A stretch of 62,703 bases of DNA, filler included, from Nemertoderma westbladi (lineage: Eukaryota; Animalia; Xenacoelomorpha): the NCBI GenBank assembly GCA_032718475.1. It is 3 parts of 3 records of this genome, joined end to end, with 100 filler letters (N's around TTAATTAATTAA, not from the genome) between each part and the next. Parts side by side here need not be neighbours in the genome. Positions count along the whole stretch, not along the records: positions 1 to 26,092 come from JAUCBJ010007201.1; 2 more parts are not named here. The stretch is one strand, 5' to 3'. Positions 1-14,595 of the stretch are shown here, piece after piece. Position 1 is the stretch's first letter. The number at the start of each line of letters is the position of its first letter. Position numbers and translations under genes: made by a program. The notes under the pieces were generated by a model. That model saw only the letters and a list, made by a program, of their open reading frames with translations. It did no database searches and was not told where the DNA came from.

Positions 1-395
1 GTGTTAAATATGATGTTATGATGTTATGATGTTAAATATTTGGAAATGGGGAAGTTATAATGTAAGGATTCAAAGTACAATTTTATTTTCCCTTTACTAG
101 AAATATTTCTTTATCCTTGCGAAGCGAGGTATATAAACTTTAAAGATGATAATGAAAAACCACATTAAATAAATTATCATTTTACCTTTAACACTAACTC
201 GGGATGTCGCTCTACAGACTTAATTTTAAATATTACATTTGTATCTGAGCTACTCGACATGTACCCTTCCCTCACTGAGGCTGGAGTTAAAAAAACTCAA
301 ATTATGCGAATCCTAAATTTGTTTACTACCCGGTTTAAAAAATTGCGAATGCAATTGTGCCAATAAAAAGATAAGTTATTTTCGGTAAAATTAAC

Positions 396-464
396 TTATC
401 ATTCGAGGTTAAGACCCCTAGAACAGTTCCTTTATCATTCGAGGTTAAGACCCCTACAGTTCCT
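396..464. repeat. Short direct duplication, about 36-bp unit, 2 copies
   Basis: ttatcattcgaggttaagacccta(gaa)cagttcct occurs twice in tandem. Confidence 0.8.
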
Positions 465-3400
465 TAATAAGTGGAGTAAAAGAGACTAACAATTTTGAAA
501 GTCTTCCTTAGCAAAATTTCGTGAACTCATCACTTAATATAGGCCTACATCTCGAAGTCATTGCGAAGTTACTCGAATTCATAATTCAGTTTTTCAAACT
601 CATAATTCACAATTCATTCCTCTGAGAATTTGTAAAATACTCCAGGATACTTTTAGAAATGATGGGAAGCCATTACAGCTTTTCATTATCATTATTTAAC
701 TCTTCGACGATTTAATTCGAATTAATAACACAAATGAATTCACATTAATTAATTTTAGTTAATTTTTATATTTAATGGAAGTTCCCTATTGATTATATTT
801 CGGTTGAGGAGTTTTCCATATAACACTGATTGAAATGAAAGCACTCTATCTGACCAATAACCAAACCATTTTGTGTCATTCTCATACAATAATCAGATTT
901 CAACAGCAAATAGCAGATGTTCTCAAGTGTAAATTACCGAAATAAGACTAAGAAACATTTTTTTATTTTGTATTTCATTTTATTTTATTTTTACTTGAGA
1001 AAGGCAACTATTTGTTGTCAAAAGCTGGTTAATATACAACTTCAATATGGTTCTTTTTAAAATTTAATGCCAGTTTACATCATTAATATATATATTCATT
1101 GATTTAATCAAATAAAATCGATATTTTTAAAATGCACAATAACACGAATGAATGGTTGTATTGAATGATTGATTGCATGAATGTTGGCAGTACGTTAGTA
1201 TGTTATATCCAAGTAAAAATCGAATAATCCTATGAGTAAAATTGCACAACGTACAGCTAAGCAAAGGCACCAAAAGTATTTTGTATTTCCAGCCATAGTT
1301 TAGGATAGCTTCTCTATAACTAATTAATTCTCTGCACGCTAAACTTCAGACTATGTGGAAGTAGTCTAGGATACGACGGTGTTTTGCAGTAAACGAGCCA
1401 GTTAAGGTTAGGTAACTGTTCGAAATAAACGATACTCCCGACTTGTCGGCTGCTGCCAAGCTTCCAGGGCAGATGCGTCCGCTCAGCTGCTTTGAGCAGT
1501 AGCGAGCAATACACTACATACATCATTTTTACAGAGTATATAAATAGCTACCGGCCAGCCTCAAGCTCAAAGTGAAAATTGAAATGAGAATGAAAAAGGA
1601 AGTAAAAATATTCAGCTCGTGTTTATTACTGCCTAATGTTAATTGTTAATATATAAATAGGTTGGTGGTGAGCATATATCCCGTATATTTATTTTCGATA
1701 TTTGGAGAGGCTAGTTGTCAATCGTTTGAGAAAGTGTATGAAGTAAGAAAAACATGAATTGAGGTTCCGAATTACGGCCTTCAAATTTCAAAACGAGAAA
1801 GCCGAGTTCGAAACATAAGTCGGAAAAAACACATTTTATTCTCAAACTCTACCAAAAATTAAAGAATCGCGAAATTACCCATGCAGGATTCGTCGTATAA
1901 ACTCAATTATTATATACCGAACCCAATTTGTACCAACTGCATAGTGTCTACTACTAATCTACGAACAGCTCACATACAGTACCGTTACAACCCCTCAGTA
2001 TAACCACGGTGTTTGGATTTATTCGCATCGACCAGGTGCACAGCAGTTCATTCAATACGTTCATAAAATATTAAGCATTTACTCAGCTATGGTCGTATTG
2101 TTCACAGTTACCACCCACAATTCGCATAACGTCTCATGCATATTGCATCAATAGACGACCGCCCACTGTACATTGTGCAGTTTAGCAGTGGATGAGCAGA
2201 AAGAGGGTACTTGGTGTATTTTCTCCTAGCCTGGGTATTATCCACATATTTTATTTGATGTAATTGTCATATCAGGATAAATGTGATTGACTTGCCTTTA
2301 TAGTTCTGTAATTGAATGCACATTTTATGGCGAGATGGTAAGGTTTTTTAATATTGTTATGGACCAGGCCGTATACATTATGTTGGATATGCCACACTAA
2401 TAAGAATGGAGTGTTATACCGTATTAGTGACACCTCATTGCCATCGCTTGGAATGTTTGGTAGATCGTGCGATTTGGAGGCTTTGTTTCAGGATCTGATA
2501 GTGCGACCAATCAGGTTAGCAGGTTACAGTTAAAACGAAAAAAGAATAGTCTGCGTTATCGTTACATACGCCAGAACGAACGCTACAGATTTTAACTTTT
2601 ATTTATGACCTAAAATCCCAAATCCCAAATCCAAATCCCAAATACATTGGAGGTGGGATTCAGATCAAGCAGCATCCTATGTCGGTATATATGTGTGTGA
2701 TTTCTCAAAGTCAAAAATTATCAGTGTAACTATGATTATGAACTATGTAAGTTCCCTCCAGCAGACTAGGGACCGTCGGTGATTTCAAGCATTGGGTAGT
2801 CTAGTTGGCCATAGGTGATATAGATGAAGGTCTGAATGTCAGTGTTTATTCCGTGCAGCAGTAAAGACTGTGCTTCTTTATTATGCCAGTTCCTGATCCT
2901 GATAGGTGCGTACCGCGGTAACAGCAGATCTCTTGATGGTACATACACAACACAAGGATGCTCGCAAGGTCAATGGCATATGATACAATGCAGTAGAACA
3001 TTGTTACCGGTAACAACTTCCTTACATTACCCATCGTCACCTTGTAGGAACGACAGGTGGATCTTCCTGATCACTGATATCACTGTCGAATAAGAGTAAC
3101 ACCAATTCAGCTTGTACATGTGATTGTTATATGGCACCGTCTGGACGTCTGGTGACAGGAATCGTAGAGATCACTCATTTACATTTCTGAAATTTCAGCA
3201 AAATTATAGTCTTGAACTTGAAAATGTCGATGCATGAAAAATATGTGATTTACATGGCCGATTGCGAACTGTGGCTGTATTGCGGTGCAGATAGGTAATG
3301 TTGAGGTTCCAATATAACCGTGGGAGTGGGAAATATAAATTCGATTTTGTAGGTTAGTAGAGCGGCTTGGTGGTGAGTTAAATTTAGAACCACATTAATA

Positions 3401-6304
3401 CTTGAGCCTTTCACAATGTTAAATAAAATAGGATGCAATATAAGTTCTTCCACACTATCTATATTTAATATTTATACTTTATTTCATTCAACCAATTAAT
3501 ATCATTCAGAGGCGTCGGTCCGAAATAACGTGGTTGCTATACAAGCAGCTCATTACTCTCGGTCACAAAGAATCTTTACCGATGACCAGATGCAGGGCGA
3601 CAAAGAACATTATACTAACCCAATAAACCCGAAATGCGACGAAAACACACAAACTGGCACCGCATTGACACACGACCGAGCACCCTCGGCATCATCTAAT
3701 TTGGTACCAGATGCTAGCGAGTCTATTGTCAACCCTTCGGATGAAGATAGTGCACAACGCCGTGCCTAACATTCAGCAAAACACAACCTATAGTTTCTAT
3801 GGTGAGAGAAAGGAGGCGAGGTGCGTCAGCTTGCTTCTCCAACGAGCACGTCAGCAGGGTTTAACATTAAAATCGTATAATAAACGGATTATACTGTCTT
3901 TATGGATCTGTGTCATGTGTTATTTGGCCCGCATCCGAGATGTGAATTCAGATGAGGAGGTGCGTCACGTCACCCCTTCACTGCCACTGCACTGCTTTAC
4001 TGGAAATGTGTTTATGATACGATAGATGTGATGCATTCAGTGTTTCAGTACAAGCGATCATCATGGAGTTGGTAAAACCGTCTGTATCAAGCGCATTGCA
4101 AATACTAGAAAAAGCTATATTTCCAAATACAATAAAATTTTTTGCTTTCTGTCACAAAATGTCGGTTGTAGATTACGGCTTTCTAGGATATCTATTATTT
4201 TTGGCAATTCAAATATCGAAAATTAATTTCACCAAAGTGTTGATGAAAATGACAAAACTCGAAAACCAAACGGAATTTAATGAGTTAGATTAATAAATCG
4301 AGGAGTGAGAAGGCAATATAAAAAGTGGTTTATCGTGTGAAATTAAAATACCTTTTAAGTATTAAGTACTTGTTTCATTGCGTCCGGGTTTTGTTAAAGA
4401 GATTGTTCTAGGGGCCTGACTAGTGCGCAGGATTAGTGTCAAACTAATCGAGTTGATAATGTGATCATATCCGTACATACAGTTATACAATTGCAAGTGT
4501 AGATTGACGAGAATTACTGAAGAGTGCGAGGTTTGTAAGGAGGCTGAGACAGGCCAGGAAACTATTAGTGGATACAATAGGGGAAGCGTGTACCCCGGTA
4601 AATGTAATTACTACGAGGGTTGGTGGTCCGTGTTTCTACGATCGGTTGTGTTGATCCCCGGGCCTTACGTGCGACGACGTTCACGGATATGCGATACGGT
4701 ACGCAGCGCTCGCCACAATGTATCGTTATCCCTTGATGAGAATCCGCCGAATGGTTTACTAACCCGTGCTCGCATGCAGCCCCCCGCGCGTTTCTGTAAT
4801 TGTGTCAGTAAAAACATATAAAATAAATGTACGGGGGTGTAACACATAGTTAGCTTTTACCTAAATTAAATAACAAAATTAGACATGCAAATGAGAGAAC
4901 GTGACCACTGTTGTATCGAAGCAGAAGGATAAATATGCGAACTAATTATATATTGATCGAATGTTAAACCGTAAAATAATTTTACACAATTTCATAACTT
5001 ATATAATAACATTACAACATGTTCAGTACCTAAGGCAATCACACTGTGTTGACAATTCGACTCGCCTATTTGCCTTTCAGAAATTCCTAGAATTTCTCAA
5101 GCGGTGAACACCACTTCCACCAATCCTATAGAGATACAGTAGTACCATTTCGATCAAACCGCCTAAGCTTGACAATTATAATAATAGGTTTTTTCACGGC
5201 ACTCATTTCTTGATAGATTTAAATAAAATTCGATTGTGAAGTCCGTGTAATTATATTGAAGAATCTCGTAATAATAATGATGAGACCAATAAAATATGCC
5301 TTCCATATTGTTTGGTATGATTCGTACCCAGGTTCATGCTTTAAATTCTTTCAAGCCTACCGCTTAGACTGAGGACGTATGCTGGTGGTCTCCTAGCTCA
5401 ACTGTATGTACTGTACAGTAGGCTTTGGCGAAAGCAAGGCAAGAAGCAGGGGCAGCTGCCTCCAGCAGTGGCCTTGCTTCGACAGGACTGCTCTGATCAA
5501 TATTTGATCAATATTCCTGCGTTTTAATCAACCCGTATGGACTAGGAATGCTATATGGTATATGGAATCGATTTTTTTCCCTCGGTAAGAATGCTGGACG
5601 AGGTTCCGCAAGCTACCACCCAACCCTCCAACACAGCTAGCTGTCCGCAGGCCTGCACGAAAACTTCATAAAAAATATCATACACATATAGGACAGAACG
5701 AACAACCCAATGGGGGAATAGAAATATGTCACATACTGTATATATGCACAAACGGACATGTTGCCCTAGCCCTGTTTTTACTTTACCCAATGGGGTTTTA
5801 TTGCCGCGATAGGGGTTCCACTGAACAGAGAGGCCTTTGGGACGCCCAGCGCAACCAAATGGAGTGTGAATGAAACGGCCATTAGTGATCAATGTTCCCT
5901 CGGTGAAGCCCCCATACCTATGTGAGAATTTGATCAATTTATCAATACCCTATAACTATTTATCTATGTTGAGTAATAGCAAAGATTGTAGGGTGAATCG
6001 AAGAACCTCTCCCCTTAACATTGATTATTCGACGTAAGGTGTCGATATTCTGTATGGATTAGATTAAGAGCGATTGTGTTTCTCTGGATATCGTTTACAT
6101 TTACATAAAGTATACAATGGAGTAATCGATTAATCTCGTGATTTCAGAACCTGCTCTACTAGTCGGAATTACCAGTTTGATAGAATGTTAGAATTTCTTT
6201 TACGGTTGTGAAAAATGCTGTAATCGATCGACATTACATACAATTGCACGCAATTCTTTTAAAATCAACAAATAAGTAACACAAATTAATACGTAGGTTA
6301 CTAA

Positions 6305-6400
6305 GTAAATACTTAGTTTCGAGCAACCAAACTTTATCTTCACTATGTAAATACTTAGTTTCGAGCAACCAAACTTTATCTTCACTATGTAAATACTTAG
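6305..6400. repeat. 42-bp tandem repeat, about 2.3 copies
   Basis: gtaaatacttagtttcgagcaaccaaactttatcttcactat repeated; explains the repeated peptides in ORFs 6200..6385 and 6234..6425. Confidence 0.85.
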
Positions 6401-7984
6401 ACAAATAAATACCTGAGTCCCTCAAGTAAATATTTGGATAAACTCAGTATTTTTTCGGGCAACCTGCTCCTGATTTATTTACACTAACAATGTAAGAGAA
6501 TACATGTGTTTAATTAGGTGGATGCGGATATTTACACCGGTGATTTTAGCCAAGAACTACCTTTGGACATATTTCTTTAAGTAAAGATACATGTAGTACA
6601 GCCTAAATATTTGTACATCTTACTTGGTGATACAAACGAAACGAGAAAACCTAAAGAACGGTAAAGCAGCTGTTGTAACAGCTGTTATTCATTTCACAAT
6701 GTCACCTGAGTAGAACCTACACCTAAATAACTGCATAAAACATCCTTCAAAATCTTCACATTTGATATGTATCTTTATAAGTTCTAGTTAATACGGATTT
6801 TAGAGTTCCAAGTCAAGAAATAGGAATCATCATTCACAAATTGAGGGTATTGTGGATTGCCTGTTTTCACCTGGACAATATCACAGCCAGGAAAACTTTT
6901 GCACAGCCTGACTACTACAGTACTTACCTACAGTTGTATATTTTGCATTCAAACCATTAATAGTATGATTAAAACACGTTTACGAATGATATATAAGTAA
7001 CTTTTTAATAAAGTCGAACTCTATTAACTTGGGCTGATCAGGGATGGCCGGCATGATTTGTATTATAATCAGTATGAGATCTAAAGGCCCACCACTACAA
7101 CGATAAAAACATGTAAATACAGAATACATCGCAAATATAAATGATATTATTTGTTAAAAGTATGAATGAAAGTGCTTCTCTATCGCCCTGGAGCAATTGA
7201 ACTGAATGATACAGTCAGACAAGGAATATGAATACGATATTGTGTAGCAGTAATCAAACTAAAGTGCTGTTTGATGTCAGATACACTGAGTGCTATGGTG
7301 CAATCCAATCATCTCCAATGAGTTCAATAGGATTCCATCAGGGACCTATACGCTTTGTAAAATGTTAATTCGACGGAAATTGATAAGCTATTCAGTCAAT
7401 TCCCCATTACAGTAATTGATACATCAACAAAGTGAACATTTATTTCCGACTTTCCGATGAGGCATTGTTTAATAATATAATATAAAATAAATATAAATAT
7501 AGACATTTCATTTGGAAAAAATTAAAGTTACAGGTTTTTATCGTCAATAGGCCTAGGCTATTATATATGCTGATTGCTACCGGTACTACAGCACACTATG
7601 TACAGTACATATAGGGATGAAACATATTTTTTGTGACCACTTTTTTTTACTCATTATGACCCCTTTTAATTATTTTAAATAACCCCTTTTTTTATTAATA
7701 AGTGAATTTTATTTAATTTTTTATTACTCTTTATGACCCTGCACTACTGTACTATCTGATTTGATTAGAACCGGTATCGGTATTACAATATATAGTATAG
7801 GTAACGCCTCATTATAGGCGTGCGGAATTTGGTTATGTTGTGCTGATGCTGAGTCTAAGGTAATCAATGACTCGGAACCATAGCATAGAGTATAGTTTAC
7901 GGTACCGTTCTGTGCAGCATGACTATTGTGATATATATTATATCATGTTTACAGCCTACTCTACCATCAAGTCAACAATGCCAA

Positions 7985-8880
7985 TATTGTTTTGTTTAGA
8001 AAAGCCTGCCGCTGTAACCTGCTTGTTTCCCTCAATTGGTAAAGTTATCGTTTATTGTTTTGGTTAGGAAAGCCCGCCACTGTAACCTGCTCCTTTCCCT
8101 CAATTGGTAAAGTGATCGTTTATTGTTTTGGTTGGAAAAACCAGCCTCTGATAACTGCTCATTTCCACCAATTAGTAAAGTGATTGTTTATTGTTTTGAT
8201 TAGGAAAACCCGCCACTGTAACCAGTTCCCCTTTCTCTTAATTCTAGATGAGTATGCGCGGGCCCAAGTCAATGGTGGTATCATAATGATAAAATATTGC
8301 AGGGATGGGGATTTTTTCTAAGTGACTGTTGCAGCTATATCTTGATGTAAGGTTCGGTAAAGAGAATTAACGAGTCAATGATTTTGCGTTACGTATAATT
8401 AAGTTTACAGAATCTTTCAATAAATAAAGTTACAATAATATTTCACCCAACAGGGCTTTATCAAATTGCATGGAATCTACTTACAAACAGTGAAACTATA
8501 TACCACAGTACCGAACTACCCAGTGCTAAAGTAGCCAATCGACTGTTAGTACAATGAACGATGAACCCTCAAAAAAAAAAAAAAAAACATGAATAAAAAT
8601 ATTATTGTAACTTTATTTATTGAAAGATTCTGTAAACTTAATTATACGTAACGCAACATCATTGACTCGTTAATTCTCTTTACCGAACCTTACATCAAGA
8701 TATAGCTGCAACAGTCACTTAGAAAACATCCCCATCCCCGCAATATCTTATCATTATTTCCCTCAATTCGTAGTATAGTGATCGTTTATTGTTTTGGTTA
8801 GAAAAAGCCCATCACTGTAACCTGCTCCTTTCCCTCAATTGGTTAAAGTGATCCTGATCAATTATTTTGGGTTAGAAAAA
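7985..8880. repeat. Degenerate about 68-bp minisatellite, interrupted by a foldback insertion
   Basis: Unit tttccctcaattggtaaagtgatcgtttattgttttggttaggaaagcccgccactgtaacctgctcc: about 3.5 copies at 7985-8240 and about 2 at 8758-8880. Single related units at about 32200, 41990 and 62238. Confidence 0.8.
8283..8757. repeat. Long inverted repeat (about 160-bp arms, about 153-bp spacer containing poly-A)
   Basis: 8283-8443 is the near-perfect reverse complement of 8597-8757. Confidence 0.9.
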
Positions 8881-11800
8881 TGCCTTATAGCCACCATCTT
8901 GTGTGCATGTTAAGGAGAGTTGTTAAGGAGAGCAGCAACAGAGTTGATTTAATTCAATTGTATTTTGTAATGTCTGAATATAGTGTGTATGTAATTTATT
9001 ATACAGTAACTTCGTTAAAAGTGAGAAGGACTGAAAGTCGTTTACTGTGTGAATCACATTCTGTGTATTGTTTCAATACAGTCTGAATGTCGGGAAAAAA
9101 AAGCGTCATAAAGAACAATAAAAGTATAAAAGTAATTTCGAAAAAAAATGGGTCAAAAAGAGCAAAAAAACGGGTCATAATAAATAACTGCCTATAGGAA
9201 TGTGAAACAAAAATTTGACAATATAGCTGTTGTAACGGTACGTTAACAGTAACGTTCACTTAAGTAATAGTGTGAGAGTTAAAAAAAGTGTGAGTGGAAA
9301 TAAAAGTAAAACATTTTTTGACGCTGTTGAAACTGACCGAGGAAAGTACTCATCAATAAAGTACAGTGTATCTCGATAGTTAATTAATATTTAAAATAAA
9401 TTTAAATAGTTTAAGTAGTATATTGTACCTACTTCATTACATTGAAATCACAGGTAGTGAAATAGTATTATTAGTTTACAAAGAAATTAATTTAATTTTA
9501 AATTAATAAATGTTTAACCCAGTGATACACTGTATCGAGTAAAATATAAGCCCACAAGCGCGTTTAATGTTGGTGGCTGTCAATCTTTCTCATACAAGTA
9601 TAGTAGTAGCACGAGCCATTTCGGATGCAGTACACGTTGTATGATGCATAATTAATGTGACGTGCCGCTTGGGATAAATAACACCCCCAGGTAAAACCGC
9701 AGTTACACGCCTATCAAATCGGTCAGTCCGTCTTGAAAATAGGAAGACTCGAGTTCGCGTGACAAGCGTGTGGGGTCAATTCATTAAAATATTGACGTTT
9801 CCTTTTCGTACAAGACTTTGTTCACGGAGTGGCAAACGCCTTTCCTTCCCAAAATACAATGGTAGGCCCCAAATACTGACAACAATTGCTCAATTAAAAA
9901 GAGATGAGTCTACGTGTTTCAGCGAAGAGAAAGAGGAATGTATTGTTCCTGTGTGCACTGGGGGGCCGACATGTAGTCGCGGGATTCGCTACCAACACAT
10001 CATACACAAGTATATAATTATAATACGACGCGCTTCACTAAACTCAATGATTAGGCTGACCTCGTGATTATCGCGTGAACTTACGACCGGACCACCATTG
10101 ATTTTCGATGCTGAATGTGGCCACTGACAGACAATGGAGGCGTCTTTATTTCAGGCAGCTCTATCATCCTTTGTTGCCAAATATTGCCAACGGGTCCTAG
10201 ACTCTGTCTTTGTTCACTGAGCGTGGGTATATATCAACAAGGAATTATCAGCACTATTTTAACTAGATTATCCGCAGCGCGGACGAGTAATTACTACGAC
10301 TTATGAGATTACCACAAATGAGATTCGTCTTCTTTTAATCCTTGGGTTTCCGCGATCGCCGTTCAAATATTTAACTTGCTGTACTCGTGAGGTACAGGAT
10401 AAATAGCAACGGGCCATCCGTTCGTATACACCTGTATAACACACCTGCCCATTGAATTAATATTTAAACTAATCCAGAGTAGGCCCTGTCAGAGTTCGGC
10501 CTAGAGATGGCAGGGGTTGTCAGATAGATAGGAATGTACATTGCACTGTAGAATAGAAGTTCATCACTTCTTATTGCTGTAAATGCAAAAAAACATACCT
10601 TAAATAATGCATATGATTATATTGCATATTATATTGCATATAAAGATTTAACGTTACATTTCATTACTCTTGTGTTTCAGGTGCTACCGGATTCTAAACA
10701 GCCGTATGCCGTAAAAAGCATTTCTCTCTCGCCGTAGAAAGTTCTACATTATATACATAATATTCTACTTACTGAGTTACATAAGATTTCCAATAGTAGA
10801 AGTCCTTGCTTTTTGCCCGGATTTGAGACAATTGTACTTCTTCTTGATATGGAAAGGGAAAGAGACCTGGGCTTTCAAACACAATCACCGCTTCATGACA
10901 AAAATAGGTAGCGGTAGGTTGTGTCTGATAAAGCCATTTATTAGGCGGATGGAGATGTTGAGACCGGTTGCATTTTGCAGGCCTCAGAGATAACGATATA
11001 AGAGGTTCAACCGGATCTACATGTAGTAGATAGGCTTTCCTATTCTTATAGTAACATACCACGGCGTTAAAAGCTTCTCCGAAAGTGAACCAACACCACG
11101 AAGTACTGTACTGCGAGGAAAGAGCGAGGCTGTTTGTTTTTATCACCATAGCCATATTGTTGGTCTCAAGCTACCTTGTTACCCCTGGTTAGTGCTCATC
11201 AATCTGACAGCCACTCTGCAATTATACTCGTTCGACAATAAAGCCTTTTTAACCAGGTAAGGCAGGATGCGTTTTCCAATTCAATTATTATGTTTGTTCG
11301 AAGGTAATTCGGGCCTATTGGATGGATCAGGTGTGCTAACAAGAGATTTTAATGAGCACTATTTGTGCCCCTTGTCCGATTCTACTCTACCTACAGTTCA
11401 TACTACTTTGTTCCCTGGCAGACAAGACTAGGCGTGGCCAGCCTCCTCACCACTCTTCATTTTAGCCTCTACTTTACTTTACTGGCTAGCGGTGTGTTTC
11501 ACTTTCTTTACGGAAACGATTATTAAAATATGCTGTTGATAGCAATAAATGTACGGTTGAACGTTAGAAATTGGTCACATTTTAAGGGACAATCATTTAA
11601 TCATTACCAAAATTCTAACAATCCGCATTTAATTTGAAGCAAAAAAACAATAGCAAGTTGTATACTTTCATGAGTGCGGCAGCCAAGCCACATTCGGTAT
11701 GATAGGAGGATATATTCAATTAATTGCGGTTTAACTGAAGAAACAAGTATGTTTTTTTTCCGAATCTTTATTTTATACTTAGTTCATCGCAACTTATATC

Positions 11801-14595
11801 TCCAAATGTACTTTGCCAGTTGGGAAAATAACATAAAATTATCAAAAAATCATATATACAACCAGAATTTTGAAATGGCAACTCGGCCATGGCGACTTTT
11901 TACTCTTGTTTCTAACACAATGAAGGGCAATCTGTAGTGCTGAACCAGAGATTCTATGCGGGTACATCCTTTATTAATGATAGCCGAATGGCTAGCCACC
12001 CGTGGGGATTTCATTCAACCGTCACCAAAAGCACATTCTTTTGGTTGACGGAGTAAAGCCAACTCAGTTACGCAAACAAAGCGATTACAAACAGTAAATG
12101 GCAGACGAGAGATAACGAAAGATCGACCCCCAGGGAAGCACAATCCCACGCAAACATTAATTAGTTGACGAGGAGGACCTATCTCACCAGGGTGCCGTCT
12201 CTTTCCGCGCTAACTGTATCTCTAGCGGGGTGCAGCAGGGTGCAATTCAGACTGGGTGTTGTGGGGTGGACAATAACACGCTCCGCTGTCCATCTTCCGT
12301 GTGCAATTCTGGTATTGTTCTTCTAGCTGGATGGCCACACCCCCACTGCGAAAGCAAATCAATACCGCGTGCCGCTCCTTTTATACGTTAAGCTGACCAA
12401 AAATACCGCAGCTCGCTTCATATGTAAGTACATAATCTATATAAACCCGTGTGCCGTGTGGTTGATTAACCCTATTGAGAATCAGGGACCTCTATATGAC
12501 AAACAACCCCACAACTCCCCTCCTAACCCCCCCCCCCCCCCCCCCCCCCCTATCCCGCATTGTTTTTTAGTATGTTTCTAAATCGACTTCTTTTTCGTAT
12601 AAATATAATGGCCCATAACTATAGTGAGTACGGGTGTTGTTAAATATTGTAGTTTTAGGGGTATAGCACCTTTTTTCACCACTATTTTTGGCGCTATATT
12701 TGATGTGCAATTGAAAATTAATTGTAATGATGGAGATATTGATTCTGCATTCTAGATTTTGTGACATTATGGTTTTTTGTGCCTTGATATTAAAGGGGGA
12801 GGGGGGGGGTGGGCTGTATCTACTTACTAGTGTACCCACTTGCTAACGGTGGTTCATTACGGTGGTTTTCGTGATTGGTGATATCATTTTCGACGTCAGT
12901 ACAGTAGTTAATGTTTGGTGGAATCTATGTCTGTCTGTTTGTCGATCTGTCTCACTTTCTTGACGGACAGACTCACAGAAAGAAAGAGACCTATAACTCG
13001 AGAATTAAGAGATATCGATTATCCGTTTTAAGATTGAAAATCCTCATTAAATTCAGCTTCAAGTGAATTAAAAAAAGGTGGAATACCCCGCAACCTCCCA
13101 CCCATTTAATGGAATACATACAATGATGGAGGGTAGAATTTCAATTATATCAAAACTAACTGTATCGCATTTATCATAATTATTTCAATACAGTAGGACT
13201 TTGGAAAAACTTTTTTTAAACTCAATTAGTGCAATTCTCCATCGTGGCGTACCACCCACACTCATTGATGTTCTGTGGGTTTACAATACCGTGCACTGTT
13301 TGGTGGTGGTGGTGGCTACCTCCATACAACTCCAAAGGTTAAGAGTCCAAACAAGTCTATGTCCTTAACAAGTCCTCTTGCCAAAATACTTTATAACCAA
13401 GTCATATATAAAATAATATAGTCCGACACAATACTACTTCACATGGGGCATTTAGTACATCGTATAGTGATTAACTACTGAAATCCACACCAGTTCACAT
13501 GTTTAATTAGTTGGCAACTCATTTACTCTCATAAACAAATTTACCTAATCCCAATGGATTATATTATATATACCTACATGGTTGCCTAAACCTATATAAT
13601 AACTTTTTAGTATTAACGGTCTATCGGTGTCTTTAATATTGTAACAGCTCGTTAGAAAAACAGACACGCCAACTCATCCAAATGTTAAACCCAATAATCT
13701 CCTTCACAAGTTCAAAACTTTAATAATTTGAAATTAAAGTTTTTAACTACTAAATTTATTAATTAACTATAATCTAGCACTTCAGAAGATTACAGTGCTA
13801 GGTGTTTTAAAATCCGAACATTAGCGAGGAATTTAATAAAGACAAGAATTATTAAACACTTATAAAGCACTAAGTTACTACATGGAGTGAGTATGTAATT
13901 TAAAAAAAATTGAAATATTTATGTAAAAATTATATATTTCTTAAAAGTGATATGTTAAACATTAAATTTAACCACCCTTTGTTATAGTATAATGTAGTGG
14001 TTTATGTTGTTTGTAGCGCCAGAATACATATGGTTTTTCTTAAGCCAGGTAATTTCTATAATATGTAAAATACTGTTAAAAAAACATTGAACTACTCTTT
14101 TGATTACTCTTACCTTGGAATATGACTTTACGGCCTAAGTATAATTTTCATTAAAATAAAAAAAGAAACGTTTATTCACAAAGCTTTGAAAATGGACTGT
14201 TTTAGGGAATAACACGAAAACAATTAACGGTAGTATAATACATATCCTATAAGCTGTAACAGTATCATCATTAACAGTTGATTTAAATGATCTTAATAAT
14301 AGTGAACTAAAGAGTGAGCTCACCAATCTCATAGAGTAATCCACGTCCTACCTTAGGAGTTTTATAATATTTCAATTTTCGAATAAATCGCTTTAACAGT
14401 ACCTATTACTATTCCAGGAATAACTTCCAAACTGAAAGTAAAATTGTAGACCAACGGTAACATAGACAGTTCAGATTGTAAAGTGTGTAAAATAGAGGCT
14501 ATGCGACCAATTTACGTCGGAGATCACGTTTGTTACTTGCAGTCAATGTGCGCAACTCTTTGGTAACTAGATATCAATTATTGTAGGAACGGAGG

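Noticed and set aside
2766-5937. Several overlapping 60-128-aa ORFs in moderately GC-rich patches
   Set aside because: No domain similarity or consistent splice structure; probably decayed repeats.
10769-11155. 128-aa minus-strand ORF ending at a strong gtaagt donor
   Set aside because: No recognisable motif and no consistent partner exons could be assembled by eye.
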